Assembly (NCBI GenBank): GCA_035450185.1
Contig: DAOTMG010000006.1
Span: 27,905 to 91,904, forward strand
Source: Syntrophales bacterium
GTDB taxonomy: Bacteria > Desulfobacterota > Syntrophia > Syntrophales > UBA2192
Length of the DNA: 64,000 bases
Reading direction: 5' to 3'
Both the position numbers and the translations under genes were made by a program. The notes beneath the pieces were generated by a model. The model was not told the DNA's origin. It worked only from the letters and a program-made list of their open reading frames with translations, and searched no databases. How positions within the stretch are numbered: the first letter of the stretch is position 1; each line of letters starts with the position of its first letter. Of the stretch, positions 50,138-59,675 are shown piece by piece.

Positions 50138-50188
50138 TTCACCCGCTTTGCCGCCTGCCGTTGCAGGAGTTTCTGCAGGAGCCGTGAT

Positions 50189-51082
50189 ATGATTCTCGAA
50201 AGAACAGGGCAGATCGCCGAAGGTCTCTACTCCATCGGAGACAAAGACATCCCCGCCTGGCTTCTGATGAGCGGCACCCCGGCTCTTTTCGATGCGGGGA
50301 TCACCTTCATGGGACCCCGGTATCTCGCGGAGCTCCGGGAGCGCCTCGGAGATGTCCAGCGCCTGGGCTGGCTCCTGCTCACCCACTCCCACTTCGACCA
50401 TGCCGGCTCGGCTCCTTACCTGAAGCGGCACATCCCGAAACTGAAGGTGGCCGCCGGCCCATCGGCGGCGGAAACCTTCCGGAAGGAGACCGCCGTCCGG
50501 CTGATCCAGAGCCTGAGCCGCGACTACGAGGAAAAGTTCAGCGATCTCATCGGATCGGAGGACGTCTCCTTCGACGCCCTGACCGTTGACCGGATCCTGC
50601 AGGATGGGGAGGTTCTGGACCTCGGCGACGGCTGGGCCGTGCGAGTGATCGCCACACCGGGACACACCCGGGACGGGCTTTCCTTTTACATCCCTCGGGT
50701 CCGGGGGCTGATCATCGGGGAAGCCGCCGGGGTCCCGGACCGCAACGGGGTCATTCACCCGGAATTTCTGGCGAGCTACCGGGACTACGTCGCGTCCCTG
50801 AAAAAGCTGACCGAGCTGGACGTGGACATCGTGATGATCGCCCATCACTTCGTTTTCACCGGGGAGGACGCCCGAGGTTATCTCCGGAAATCCCTCGACC
50901 GGACGGAGGTTTTCAGGCGCCGCATCGAGGATTACCTGAAAGAGGCCGGCGGCGATCGGGAAGCCGTCGTCCGGCGGGTCTACCGGGAGGATTACGAGGG
51001 CACGGGCGCCATTCAGCAGGATGCGAGGGCCTTCCTGCTCAACCTGGCAGCCAAGGTCAAGGCCGTTGCGGAGAACCGTTAA
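50189..51082 (+). CDS. MBL-fold metallo-hydrolase
   Basis: MILERTGQIAEGLYSIG..., with LLLTHSHFDHAGS (HxHxDH). Start trimmed to ATG 50189, with GGAG 7 nt upstream. Confidence 0.85.
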   Translation: MILERTGQIAEGLYSIGDKDIPAWLLMSGTPALFDAGITFMGPRYLAELRERLGDVQRLGWLLLTHSHFDHAGSAPYLKRHIPKLKVAAGPSAAETFRKETAVRLIQSLSRDYEEKFSDLIGSEDVSFDALTVDRILQDGEVLDLGDGWAVRVIATPGHTRDGLSFYIPRVRGLIIGEAAGVPDRNGVIHPEFLASYRDYVASLKKLTELDVDIVMIAHHFVFTGEDARGYLRKSLDRTEVFRRRIEDYLKEAGGDREAVVRRVYREDYEGTGAIQQDARAFLLNLAAKVKAVAENR

Positions 51083-51140
51083 GACGCGTCGAGTGAAGGC
51101 GCGACGCTGCACCTCGATACGATGAAAGGAGTTCAGGGTT

Positions 51141-51815
51141 ATGAATATTCTCATTTTTGGACCCAACGGGAGCGGCAAGGGGACACAGGGGGCGATCGTG
51201 CAGAAAAAATACGGTGTCCCCCACATCGAGACGGGGGTGATCTTCCGGGACAACATCAAAAAGGGCACGGAACTCGGGATGAAGGCCAAGGCCTTCATCG
51301 ACCGCGGTGATCTCGTCCCGGACGACATCACCATCCCCATGATCCTCCAGCGGCTGAAAGAACCCGACTGCAAGGCCGGCTGGCTTCTCGACGGCTTCCC
51401 GCGCAATCTCGCCCAGGCGGAGGCCCTGTGGAAGGCGCTGCAGAACGAAAAGATGAAGCTCGACTACGTCATCGAGATCGTTCTCGCCCGAGACATCGCC
51501 AAGAAGCGCATCATGGGCCGGCGGCTCTGCCCCGTGGACAACAATCACCCGAACAACATCTACATCGAGGCCATCCAGCCGGCGATGAAGAACGGCAAGA
51601 TGGTCTGTCGGGTCTGCGGCGCCGACAACCTGGCCACCCGCGCCGACGACCAGGACGAGGCGGCGATCGACAAGCGCCACGGGATCTATTACGACACCCG
51701 GACGGGGACGCTGGCCGCCGTCAACTACTTCAAGGACCGCGTGAAGGTCATCAGCGTCGACGGCACCCCCGGGGTCAAGGAAGTCTCCGAGGACCTTCTC
51801 CGCAAGCTGGGATAG
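51141..51815 (+). CDS. adk: Adenylate kinase with Cys-X5-His...Cys-X2-Cys lid
   Basis: 224 aa with P-loop GPNGSGKGTQ and DGFPRN. The lid is C130-PVDNN-H136-(19 aa)-C156-RV-C159. Confidence 0.94.
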   Translation: MNILIFGPNGSGKGTQGAIVQKKYGVPHIETGVIFRDNIKKGTELGMKAKAFIDRGDLVPDDITIPMILQRLKEPDCKAGWLLDGFPRNLAQAEALWKALQNEKMKLDYVIEIVLARDIAKKRIMGRRLCPVDNNHPNNIYIEAIQPAMKNGKMVCRVCGADNLATRADDQDEAAIDKRHGIYYDTRTGTLAAVNYFKDRVKVISVDGTPGVKEVSEDLLRKLG

Positions 51816-51840
51816 GAACCTCCGCAACGCCATCGATGGA

Positions 51841-51877
51841 AGAGCCCTCCCCGAAGGAAAGGGAGGGCTCTTTTTCT
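51841..51877 (+). terminator. Intrinsic terminator after adk
   Basis: AGAGCCCTCCC-cgaaggaaa-GGGAGGGCTCT (11-bp perfect stem) followed by TTTTCT, 26 nt after the adk stop. Confidence 0.8.
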
Positions 51878-51904
51878 GCGGAATGCCGCGGCGCCGCTTC
51901 GGTC

Positions 51905-53653
51905 TCAGTAGCTCAGGGGCACGAACCGGAACCGATCGACATCGAAGAGTCCCCGGTCCGTGAGCCGCAGATGGGGGATGACCGGGAGGGCCACGAAGGA
52001 CAGGTGCATGAAAGGGTGGCGGATCACCCTTCGTCCGAGCGACTTCGCCGCCTTTCCGAGGGAGGCGTGGAGGCGCGATACGTCTTCGAAGGCAAGGTCC
52101 GACATCAGTCCCCCCACGGGAAGCGGCAGGTGCGCCCGGACCGTTCCGCCGCTCACCACCGCGATGCCTCCGCGCGTTTTCCTCAGGGTCTCGACGGCAA
52201 GGAGGATGTCCCGGTCGTCCATCCCCGCGGCGATCAGGTTGTGGGAATCATGGGCGATCGTCGATGCGATGGCCCCCAGCTCCAGGCCCAGACCCGCCAG
52301 GAATCCCACGCCGACGTTTCCCGTTCCCCGGTGTCTCTCCACGACGACGACTTTCGCCCTTCCGGTGATCCTCGGGTCCGGGACCCGACCGTCTATTGCG
52401 AGTTCCTCTTTTTCGGTGAGGATCTGTCGCTCCACGAGCCGGATGACCCTCAATGTCCGCCCCCGGGGGATCACCTCGATCTTCCTCTTCAGGGTCTCCG
52501 GGTCGGGGACCTCGAAGTCCGAGAGGGAAGACGGGGCCCGGAAGCGCGTGAAGTCCACCTGATAGCTTCCTTCCCTGAAAATCCATCGTCCCGCCCGAAG
52601 GACGCCTTTGACGGGGAAACGCTTGAGGTCGCCGAAGAGCACGAGGTCCGCCCGGTAGCCGGGCGCCACGGCGCCGCGGTCATAAAGCCGGAAACGCCGG
52701 AAAGGGTTCATGCAAGCGATCTTGAGCGCCGCGAGAGGGTCCATCCCGTATCGAACGGCCTTCCGCAGGATCTCATCGATGTGCCCCGACCGTGCGATGT
52801 CCTCCGGGGAGAGGTCATCGGAGGCGAACCCGAACCGGTCGGCGGAAAAGGGCGTGACCAACGGCAGGAGGTCCCGGAGATTCTTCGCCGACGTCCCCTC
52901 GCGCAGGTAGAGAAACATCCCCTTCAACAGCTTTTCCCGGCCCTCTTGCACCGATGTGGTCTCGTGGTCGGAGCCCATCCCCTGCAGGATGTAGTGCGAA
53001 AGCGCCTCTCCGGAGAGCAGCGGCGCGTGACCGTCGATGACGCCGTCGCGGTAGAGGCGGATCTTCTCCAGGCAGTTTCGATCGCCCGAGAGGACACCGG
53101 GGACGTTCATGAACTCCGCCAGGCCGACGACCCGCCGGTGGTTCCGGTACTTCCGCAGCAGCCGGGGCGTGAACACGCCTCCCGCGGTCTCGAAGGGGGT
53201 GGCGGGCACGCAGGAAGGAAGCAGATAGAAGATGTCCAGGGGGATGCCCTCGGCGGCCTCGAGCATGAAACGGAGCCCTCTCTCGCCCAGGGCGTTGACG
53301 ATCTCGTGCGGATCGGCGAAAACGGCCGTGGTCCCTCGTTGCACGACGGCCCTCGCGAATTCCGACGGAGTCAGCATGGAGCTTTCGATGTGGATGTGGC
53401 TGTCCACAAGACCCGGCGCCACGCAAAGCCCCCTCGCCACGAAGATCTCCCGGGCCGCCAGGTCCTCGAGGGCGATGACCCTTCCGCGGTGGACGGCGAC
53501 GGGCCGGTCCTCCATCCGGCCGGAGAAAAGGTTCACCACCCTCGCCCCCCGGATGAGGAGATCGCACTTCCGTCGGCCGGCGAAAACGGACCGAAGGTCC
53601 TCGGCCTGTTGGACGTCCGTTTCCCCGTCGGAGCGGTGCTTCACCATGGTCAT
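51905..53653 (-). CDS. ade: Adenine deaminase
   Basis: 582 aa with amidohydrolase motif PGLVDSHIHIESS. Full-length Ade-like. Confidence 0.92.
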   Translation of the reverse strand: MTMVKHRSDGETDVQQAEDLRSVFAGRRKCDLLIRGARVVNLFSGRMEDRPVAVHRGRVIALEDLAAREIFVARGLCVAPGLVDSHIHIESSMLTPSEFARAVVQRGTTAVFADPHEIVNALGERGLRFMLEAAEGIPLDIFYLLPSCVPATPFETAGGVFTPRLLRKYRNHRRVVGLAEFMNVPGVLSGDRNCLEKIRLYRDGVIDGHAPLLSGEALSHYILQGMGSDHETTSVQEGREKLLKGMFLYLREGTSAKNLRDLLPLVTPFSADRFGFASDDLSPEDIARSGHIDEILRKAVRYGMDPLAALKIACMNPFRRFRLYDRGAVAPGYRADLVLFGDLKRFPVKGVLRAGRWIFREGSYQVDFTRFRAPSSLSDFEVPDPETLKRKIEVIPRGRTLRVIRLVERQILTEKEELAIDGRVPDPRITGRAKVVVVERHRGTGNVGVGFLAGLGLELGAIASTIAHDSHNLIAAGMDDRDILLAVETLRKTRGGIAVVSGGTVRAHLPLPVGGLMSDLAFEDVSRLHASLGKAAKSLGRRVIRHPFMHLSFVALPVIPHLRLTDRGLFDVDRFRFVPLSY

Positions 53654-53718
53654 CTCTCGCCGGGAAAACCCCCGCGAAGGGGGACTTCCCGGGGCTCCCT
53701 GCGGCGGCTTCGGCGGAT

Positions 53719-54384
53719 TTACAGGGAGGTCATGAAGCCGTCATGCCGGAGGTGCCGCAGGATGTCTTCGAAATCACGATAGGGGATGCACTCAAGCCCC
53801 TTTTCCCGGGAGGTCCGGTAGAGGATCCCCTTGGCAAAGACGATGTCGGCTTTTTCCGCCGGGCAGACATCGGAATAACCGTCGCCGATGTAGAGGATCC
53901 GATCGAAGGAAGGTCTCAGCCTCTCGAGGATCAGGCTCTTGCACGTTCCGCATCTGTCGCAGGCGGGATTCGCCTCGGGGAACTCGATGGTGAACCCGCG
54001 CCCGTCGCGGAAACGGGCCACATTCGAAAAAAAGGGGATGTCCCCCAGACCGTCCTTCCGAAGCACGAGGTCGATGTAGAAATCGAGCCCGTCCGACAGG
54101 ATCTGGAGCCCGATCCCCTCCTTCCGGCAGAAGGCGGAGAAGGGGACAAAGTGGGGGTCGACCCGGGCATGGGTCCGGACGTACTCGAACATCTCCTCGC
54201 GGGTCCCAGTAATGAGGGCCGCGATCCTCGAGTAGGCCTCCTTCGAACCGATCTCCCCCGAACAGTAGGCCCGGTCGATTTCATCCCATCCCCGTCCCGT
54301 GAATTTCTGCAGGACCTCGTAGCCTACATCCATCGGGCTGACGGTGCCGTCAAAGTCCGCGATGACCAGCAGCTTCTTTTTCAT
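53719..54384 (-). CDS. HAD-IB family phosphatase (MtnX/DKMTPPase-like)
   Basis: 221 aa with VIADFDGTVS (DxDGT), a CDRCGTCK cap motif, and GDGYSD. Confidence 0.8.
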   Translation of the reverse strand: MKKKLLVIADFDGTVSPMDVGYEVLQKFTGRGWDEIDRAYCSGEIGSKEAYSRIAALITGTREEMFEYVRTHARVDPHFVPFSAFCRKEGIGLQILSDGLDFYIDLVLRKDGLGDIPFFSNVARFRDGRGFTIEFPEANPACDRCGTCKSLILERLRPSFDRILYIGDGYSDVCPAEKADIVFAKGILYRTSREKGLECIPYRDFEDILRHLRHDGFMTSL

Positions 54385-54399
54385 GTCGCGGAAAAGCCC

Positions 54400-54729
54400 T
54401 CAGGATCCTTTCTTCTTTTTCATGTCCCGGTACAGGATATACACGCCGAGGGCGATGAGCCCCAGGGACGTGATCACGTTCAGGACCATCTGACTCAGCT
54501 CCGTGTACCAGTTTCTCATGAAGAGAATGGCGACCCCCGCCGCCCCGATGATCCAGCCGATGAGGTCTTTCGGCTGCTGAATCAGGATCCCGATCGCCAC
54601 CACGATCAGCAGGATGGGCCAGCTCTTCTCCAGCTTGTAGAGGCCGAGCACTTCCAGCAGGAAAAGCGCCCCGAGGGCCACCAGGATCATTGCGCCCGTG
54701 ATGATTCGCATCTTCTGTCTCTCTTCCAC
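54400..54729 (-). CDS. Small integral membrane protein (4 predicted TM helices)
   Basis: 109 aa, strongly hydrophobic (ITGAMILVALGALFLLEVLG...), with a basic C-terminal tail KKKKGS. Lies downstream of the NfeD-stomatin pair. Confidence 0.65.
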   Translation of the reverse strand: MEERQKMRIITGAMILVALGALFLLEVLGLYKLEKSWPILLIVVAIGILIQQPKDLIGWIIGAAGVAILFMRNWYTELSQMVLNVITSLGLIALGVYILYRDMKKKKGS

Positions 54730-54777
54730 GTTCTCCTCCTTTTCCCGGACGGTTCTGCCGTTGTCGAAAGACCCGTT

Positions 54778-55521
54778 TCACTCCTTCGGCTTCAGGAAAG
54801 GCGTAAAAAGATCGATCGGCACCGGGAAGACGGTCGTCGTGTTGTTTTCCGTGCCGATCTGGACCAGTGTCTGGAGGAACCGGAGCTGCAGGGCGATGGG
54901 CTGGGTCGAGATCAGCTGCGCCGCGTCGGCCAGCCGCTGGGCCGCCTGGAACTCGCCCTCGGCACTGATCACCTTCGCCCTTCTCTCCCTTTCCGCCTCG
55001 GCCTGTTTCGCCATGGCGCGCTTCATCTCTTCGGGCAGATCGATATGCTTGACTTCCACGAGCGTGACCTTGATCCCCCAGGGATCGGTGCTCCGGTCCA
55101 GGATCTCCTGGAGGTGGAGATTCAGTTTTTCCCGCGAGGCGAGGATCTCGTCGAGTTCCACCTGACCGCAGACACTCCGCAGCGTCGTCTGCGCCAGCTG
55201 GGAGGTGGCGTAGAGATAGTTCTCCACCTCGATGATCGCCCGGTTGGCATCGATGACGCGGAAGTAGACGACGGCGTTGACCTTGATGGAGATGTTGTCC
55301 CTCGTGATGACATCCTGGGGAGGCACGTCCATGGCGATCGTCCTCATGTCGACGCGGACCATGCGGTCGATGACGGGTATGAGCAGGATCAGCCCGGGGC
55401 CCTTCGTGGCCAGGACCCTTCCCAGGCGGAAGATGACGGCCCTTTCGTACTCGTTGAGGATACGGATGGCGGCTGCCAGAAACATGACGACGAGAACGAC
55501 CAATACCAGAATCGCATACAT
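54778..55521 (-). CDS. SPFH/band 7 (stomatin-like, slipin) protein
   Basis: 247 aa with an N-terminal TM helix, [18 protein letters not shown], and the stomatin signature region plus an AEAERE coiled coil. Confidence 0.92.
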   Translation of the reverse strand: MYAILVLVVLVVMFLAAAIRILNEYERAVIFRLGRVLATKGPGLILLIPVIDRMVRVDMRTIAMDVPPQDVITRDNISIKVNAVVYFRVIDANRAIIEVENYLYATSQLAQTTLRSVCGQVELDEILASREKLNLHLQEILDRSTDPWGIKVTLVEVKHIDLPEEMKRAMAKQAEAERERRAKVISAEGEFQAAQRLADAAQLISTQPIALQLRFLQTLVQIGTENNTTTVFPVPIDLFTPFLKPKE

Positions 55522-55524
55522 GAC

Positions 55525-56862
55525 TTATCCTCCCTTCTTTTCTTCACCGGATAACACGACCTCGAGGGTGAGTCCCCGGAGGCCGACGACTTTCACACGG
55601 CTTCCTCTCTTGATCGGCGTCGGGCTGACGGCCTTCCAGTATTCCCCCTTGAGAAAGACCTTGCCCTCCTCCCCGATGTCCGTTACGGCCTGCGCTTCCT
55701 CACCGATCATGCCCTGCTCACCCGTCACGGGTTTCCGGAGCTGCGCCTTCACGGCCAGGGTGACCACCCCCGCGAAAAAGAGCGATGTGATGACGACGGC
55801 CGGAATCAGGACGTCCCAGGACACCCGGAGCGCGGGATCGGGCGATTCGAAGAGCATGATCGACCCGAGGGCGAAGGCAATCACCCCCCCGATCGTGAGA
55901 ACGCCGTGACTGACGACCTTGATCTCCGCAATGAAAAGAATCACGGCGAAGAGGATCAGGAGAATCCCGGCATAGTTGACGGGGAGCGTCTGGAAGGCAA
56001 AAAAGGCCAGGATGAGCGAGATGCCGCCGACAATGCCCGGGAGGACCACCCCGGGATGGGCGAACTCGAAATAGAGCCCGGCAAGGCCTACGATGAAGAG
56101 AAGGTAGGCGATGTTGGGGTTGCTGATCGTGATCAGGATCCGCTCCCGCAGGCCCATGGACTTCTTGCTGAGTTCGGCGCCCCGGGCCCGCAGTTTCTTC
56201 TTGCCGGAGGGCAGGGGGATCTCTCTTCCGTCGATTTTCTCCAGAAGTTCATTGAGGTCGGCGGCGACGACGTCGATGACCCGGAGGCTCAGGGCCTCCT
56301 CGGCGGGGATGGAGGCGCTCTTCCGGACGGCCTGCTCCATCCATTCGACGTTGCGCCCTCTCTCCTTGGCGATGCTCCTGGCGTAGGCCACGGCGTCGCT
56401 TTCCACCTTCTCCAGCATGGTGTCGTCCATCTTGCCGGCACCGATCGCCACGGGGTGGGCCGCGCCGATATTCGTGCCGGGGGCCATGGCGGCGATGTGG
56501 GCGGCGATCGTGATGAAGGCGCCGGCCGAGGCGGCCCGGGCTCCCTTCGGCGCGACATAGACGATCACCGGGACCGGGGCGTTGAGCAGGGACTTGATGA
56601 TGTCCCGCATGGCCAGATCCAGCCCGCCCGGCGTGTCCATCTGGATGATCAACCCCTCGGAGCCCGCCTTTTCGGATGCCGAGACGCTTGCGATGATATA
56701 CTCCGCCACGGGCGGCGTGATGGCCGACTCGATGACGATGACATCGAAACGGGGTCTGGCCTCTTCCCCGGAAGCGGGGCCGCCCAGGGCCGCGATCAGG
56801 AACAGGACCGCCAGGCCGATCCCCCGGACCGACCGGTGCCCTCTGACAATCTTCATCCTCAT
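55525..56862 (-). CDS. NfeD family membrane-bound ClpP-class serine protease
   Basis: 445 aa with a signal peptide, a ClpP-like domain (MDTPGG, PKGARAASAGAFI), a multi-TM middle region, and a C-terminal OB (NfeD) domain. Sits upstream of the stomatin gene. Confidence 0.9.
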   Translation of the reverse strand: MRMKIVRGHRSVRGIGLAVLFLIAALGGPASGEEARPRFDVIVIESAITPPVAEYIIASVSASEKAGSEGLIIQMDTPGGLDLAMRDIIKSLLNAPVPVIVYVAPKGARAASAGAFITIAAHIAAMAPGTNIGAAHPVAIGAGKMDDTMLEKVESDAVAYARSIAKERGRNVEWMEQAVRKSASIPAEEALSLRVIDVVAADLNELLEKIDGREIPLPSGKKKLRARGAELSKKSMGLRERILITISNPNIAYLLFIVGLAGLYFEFAHPGVVLPGIVGGISLILAFFAFQTLPVNYAGILLILFAVILFIAEIKVVSHGVLTIGGVIAFALGSIMLFESPDPALRVSWDVLIPAVVITSLFFAGVVTLAVKAQLRKPVTGEQGMIGEEAQAVTDIGEEGKVFLKGEYWKAVSPTPIKRGSRVKVVGLRGLTLEVVLSGEEKKGG

Positions 56863-56883
56863 CTCCTTCGGTGGCGCCTCCTT

Positions 56884-57621
56884 TCAGAGCATCTTCATGA
56901 TCATCTGCACGTCTTCCCAGACCTGTTTCTTGGCCTCCGGGTTCCGGAGGAGATAGGCCGGGTGGTAGGTCGGCATCACCGGGATGCCCCGGCAGTCGTG
57001 AAATCGACCCCGGAGCACGGTGATCGGCGCATCGGTCTCGAGGATCCTCCGCGCCGCGAAGGTTCCCAGGGCGCAGATCACCCGGGGTCGGATGGCCTCG
57101 ATCTGCATCCTGAGAAAGGGCTCGCAGGTTTCCATCTCCTCCTGCCTCGGGTTGCGGTTCTGCGGCGGCCGGCACTTCAGGATGTTGCAGATGTAGACAT
57201 CGGACCGCTTCAGTCCCATCGCCCCGATGATCTTCGTCAGAAGCTGTCCGGCCCGTCCGACGAAGGGCCTGCCCTGCAGGTCCTCTTCCTCGCCCGGCGC
57301 CTCCCCGATGAAAACGAGCCGGGCCGACGGATTTCCCTCTCCGAAGACGAGGTTTCTCCGCGTCCGGTGAAGAGGGCACCGCTTGCAGTCGCCGAGTTCG
57401 CGCCGGACGTCGTCGAGCGTCCGGAAGTCCGCGGAACGGCTCTGCGCATCGCCCTCGAGGTCGAGACGTTCCTGCCGGGCGTTCCCCCTCTGCCGCGGCT
57501 CCGTTCCCCGGAGGAACAGATGATCCGACCGGCCGCCGATTCCTCCCTCGCGGATGTGATCCCGGAGAGAGCGGATCAGCTCGATCATCTCTTCCCTCAA
57601 ATCCTCCTCTTTCGCCGGCAA
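56884..57621 (-). CDS. Uracil-DNA glycosylase, family 4
   Basis: 245 aa with CKRCPL, GEAPGEEEDLQGRPFVGRAGQLL, and HPAYLLRNP. Confidence 0.92.
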   Translation of the reverse strand: MPAKEEDLREEMIELIRSLRDHIREGGIGGRSDHLFLRGTEPRQRGNARQERLDLEGDAQSRSADFRTLDDVRRELGDCKRCPLHRTRRNLVFGEGNPSARLVFIGEAPGEEEDLQGRPFVGRAGQLLTKIIGAMGLKRSDVYICNILKCRPPQNRNPRQEEMETCEPFLRMQIEAIRPRVICALGTFAARRILETDAPITVLRGRFHDCRGIPVMPTYHPAYLLRNPEAKKQVWEDVQMIMKML

Positions 57622-57631
57622 ACCCCTACCT

Positions 57632-58846
57632 CTACCGCCCCTTCGCCCCGGGGGTCTTTTTCCGGAGGATCTTCACGCGATCCAGGATCCGGTCCGCGAC
57701 CCGTTTCTTGTCCATCAGCGGCAGGTCCTCCGCCCCGCCCTCCCGGTCGAGGATCTTGACGATGTTCGTCTCCGCCTGGAATCCCGCCCCGGCCTGGGTG
57801 ATGTCATTGGCCACGATGAGATCCATGTTCTTCTGCACCATCTTCTTCTTGGCGTATTCCACGAGCTGGTCCGTCTCCACGGCGAACCCCACCAGGATCC
57901 TCTTGCCTTTCTTCTCGCCGACCTCGGCGATGATGTCGGGATTCCGGGCCAGGGGCAGCATCATGGGGCCGGCCTTCTTCTTGATCTTGGACGCGGAGAA
58001 GCTCTCGGGCCGGTAATCGGCCACGGCGGCGGCCTTGATGATCGCCGTTGCGTCCTTCATCTCCTTCAGAACCGCATCCCGCATCTCAACAGCGGTTTCC
58101 ACGGCGATGAATCGAACGCCCCGCGGCACCGGAAGGGAGGTCGGGCCGCTGATCAAGGTGACGTCCGCCCCCCGGCGTCTGGCCATGATCGCAACGGCAT
58201 ACCCCATCTTCCCCGAGGAGTGGTTCGTGATGAAGCGCACCGGATCGAGGGGTTCGCGGGTGGGACCCGCGGTCACGAGAATTCTCTCTCCGGCGAGATC
58301 CTTTTCCGTCAGGGCCGACTCCACCTCCTCCAGAATGTCCTCGAGATCCGCCAGCCTTCCCACGCCCTCGCTCCTGCAGGCCAGCTCACCGCTGGCGGGT
58401 TCGACGAAGGCAAAGCCTCTCGCCTTCAATTTCGAGATATTTTCCTGGACCGTGGCGTTTGCGTACATGTTGACGTTCATCGCCGGGCAGATCAGGACGG
58501 GCGCCCTCGTCGCCAGGATCATCGTCGTCAGGAGATCATCGGCGATCCCGGCGGCGGCCTTTCCGATGAAATTCGCCGTCGCCGGGGCGATGACGACGGC
58601 ATCGGCGCTTTCGGCGAGCGATACGTGACCGATTTCCCACTCGCCCGTGAGGGTGAAGGTGTCCGTGTAGACGGGGTTTCCGGTGAGCGTCTGCAGGGTC
58701 AGCGGCGTGAGGAACTCCGTGGCGTTCTTCGTCATGATCACGTGGACCGAAGCCCCTGCCTTGATCAACGCCCTCGTCAGCTCGGCCGCCTTGTAGGCGG
58801 CGATTCCGCCCGTGACCCCGAGAATGATTTTCTTCTTCTCCAGCAT
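57632..58846 (-). CDS. coaBC: Bifunctional phosphopantothenoylcysteine decarboxylase / phosphopantothenate-cysteine ligase
   Basis: 404 aa with ILGVTGGIAAYKA, PAMN, and VTAGPTREPLDPVRFITNHSSGKMG. Confidence 0.95.
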   Translation of the reverse strand: MLEKKKIILGVTGGIAAYKAAELTRALIKAGASVHVIMTKNATEFLTPLTLQTLTGNPVYTDTFTLTGEWEIGHVSLAESADAVVIAPATANFIGKAAAGIADDLLTTMILATRAPVLICPAMNVNMYANATVQENISKLKARGFAFVEPASGELACRSEGVGRLADLEDILEEVESALTEKDLAGERILVTAGPTREPLDPVRFITNHSSGKMGYAVAIMARRRGADVTLISGPTSLPVPRGVRFIAVETAVEMRDAVLKEMKDATAIIKAAAVADYRPESFSASKIKKKAGPMMLPLARNPDIIAEVGEKKGKRILVGFAVETDQLVEYAKKKMVQKNMDLIVANDITQAGAGFQAETNIVKILDREGGAEDLPLMDKKRVADRILDRVKILRKKTPGAKGR

Positions 58847-58864
58847 AGGGCTGATCCGCTCCTT

Positions 58865-59569
58865 TTACCGCAGATAGGCGATGCCCGCCGCGCCGAAGTA
58901 CAGCCCGAAGGCCATGAGGGCGACGGCGCAGATTCCGACGACCCCCCGGTACGTCCGGAGATGGATGCGGCGCCTTCCCCGGGAGACCATGAGCGAGACG
59001 ACGCTGTACCACAGAAGGTCCGCCAGGATATGCCCCGTGAAGAAAACCACGACGCCGGCCGCCCCCCACTTCATGGAGAGGAGGACGTATCCCAGGCCGA
59101 TCGTGGCCCACCACAGGACCCAGTAGGGGTTCGCAACACTCGTGACGATGCCCGCCGCAACGGGCCCGCCGGAGAATCCCCGCCCGGCGGAAAGATCGAG
59201 CGTGAGACCGCGGACCTGCCTCAGCATGCCCAGGGACATCCACAAAAGAAATCCGCCGCCGACCACGCCGACCAGGCCGAGAAAAAGGGGTTCGTTGATC
59301 CACGGGGCAAAGCCCGTCACGAGAAGACCCAGGAGAAAGATTTCAAGGATTCCGTGTCCGAGCACCACCTGCGGCCCCGCCCAGAAACCCCGGTTCACGC
59401 TTTCACTGATCGTCACGGTCAGCACGGGCCCGGGCATCAGTGCACCGGACAGGGCGATGACGAAAGAGGATAAAAAAATGGCCGGCAGTGTCTCCAATGG
59501 GTCGACGCGACACCCCTCTTTTTCAATAAATCTGCATATTTTGATATACCAAAAGACCGCAGAGGTCAA
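58865..59569 (-). CDS. LysE family amino-acid exporter
   Basis: Multi-TM with ALMPGPVLTVTI (LysE N-terminal motif). The ORF-track start at 59569 is a TTG with no SD. A TTG at 59497 (LETLPAIFL) would give the usual ~209-aa size, so the start is uncertain. Confidence 0.8.
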   Translation of the reverse strand: MTSAVFWYIKICRFIEKEGCRVDPLETLPAIFLSSFVIALSGALMPGPVLTVTISESVNRGFWAGPQVVLGHGILEIFLLGLLVTGFAPWINEPLFLGLVGVVGGGFLLWMSLGMLRQVRGLTLDLSAGRGFSGGPVAAGIVTSVANPYWVLWWATIGLGYVLLSMKWGAAGVVVFFTGHILADLLWYSVVSLMVSRGRRRIHLRTYRGVVGICAVALMAFGLYFGAAGIAYLR

Positions 59570-59614
59570 GCGATTAAAGGCCGGGGGGCCTCCACGTCCT
59601 CTCCGGAAAGAAGG

Positions 59615-59642
59615 TTGAATTATTTTCCAATCCGGGTATGAT
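59615..59642 (+). promoter_or_regulatory. Sigma70-like promoter for the M23 peptidase gene
   Basis: TTGAAT (59615-59620), 16 nt spacer, TATGAT (59637-59642). SD AGGAGGAG lies before ATG 59676. Confidence 0.5.
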
Positions 59643-59675
59643 GTCCCCGCTTTTCGCAGCGAAAGGAGGAGAAGG

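Noticed and set aside
50161-50180. Direct repeat TGCAGGAG-tttc-TGCAGGAG just upstream of the MBL hydrolase start
   Set aside because: The two 8-mers are short, and the second simply provides the GGAG SD. This is not enough to claim a regulatory element.
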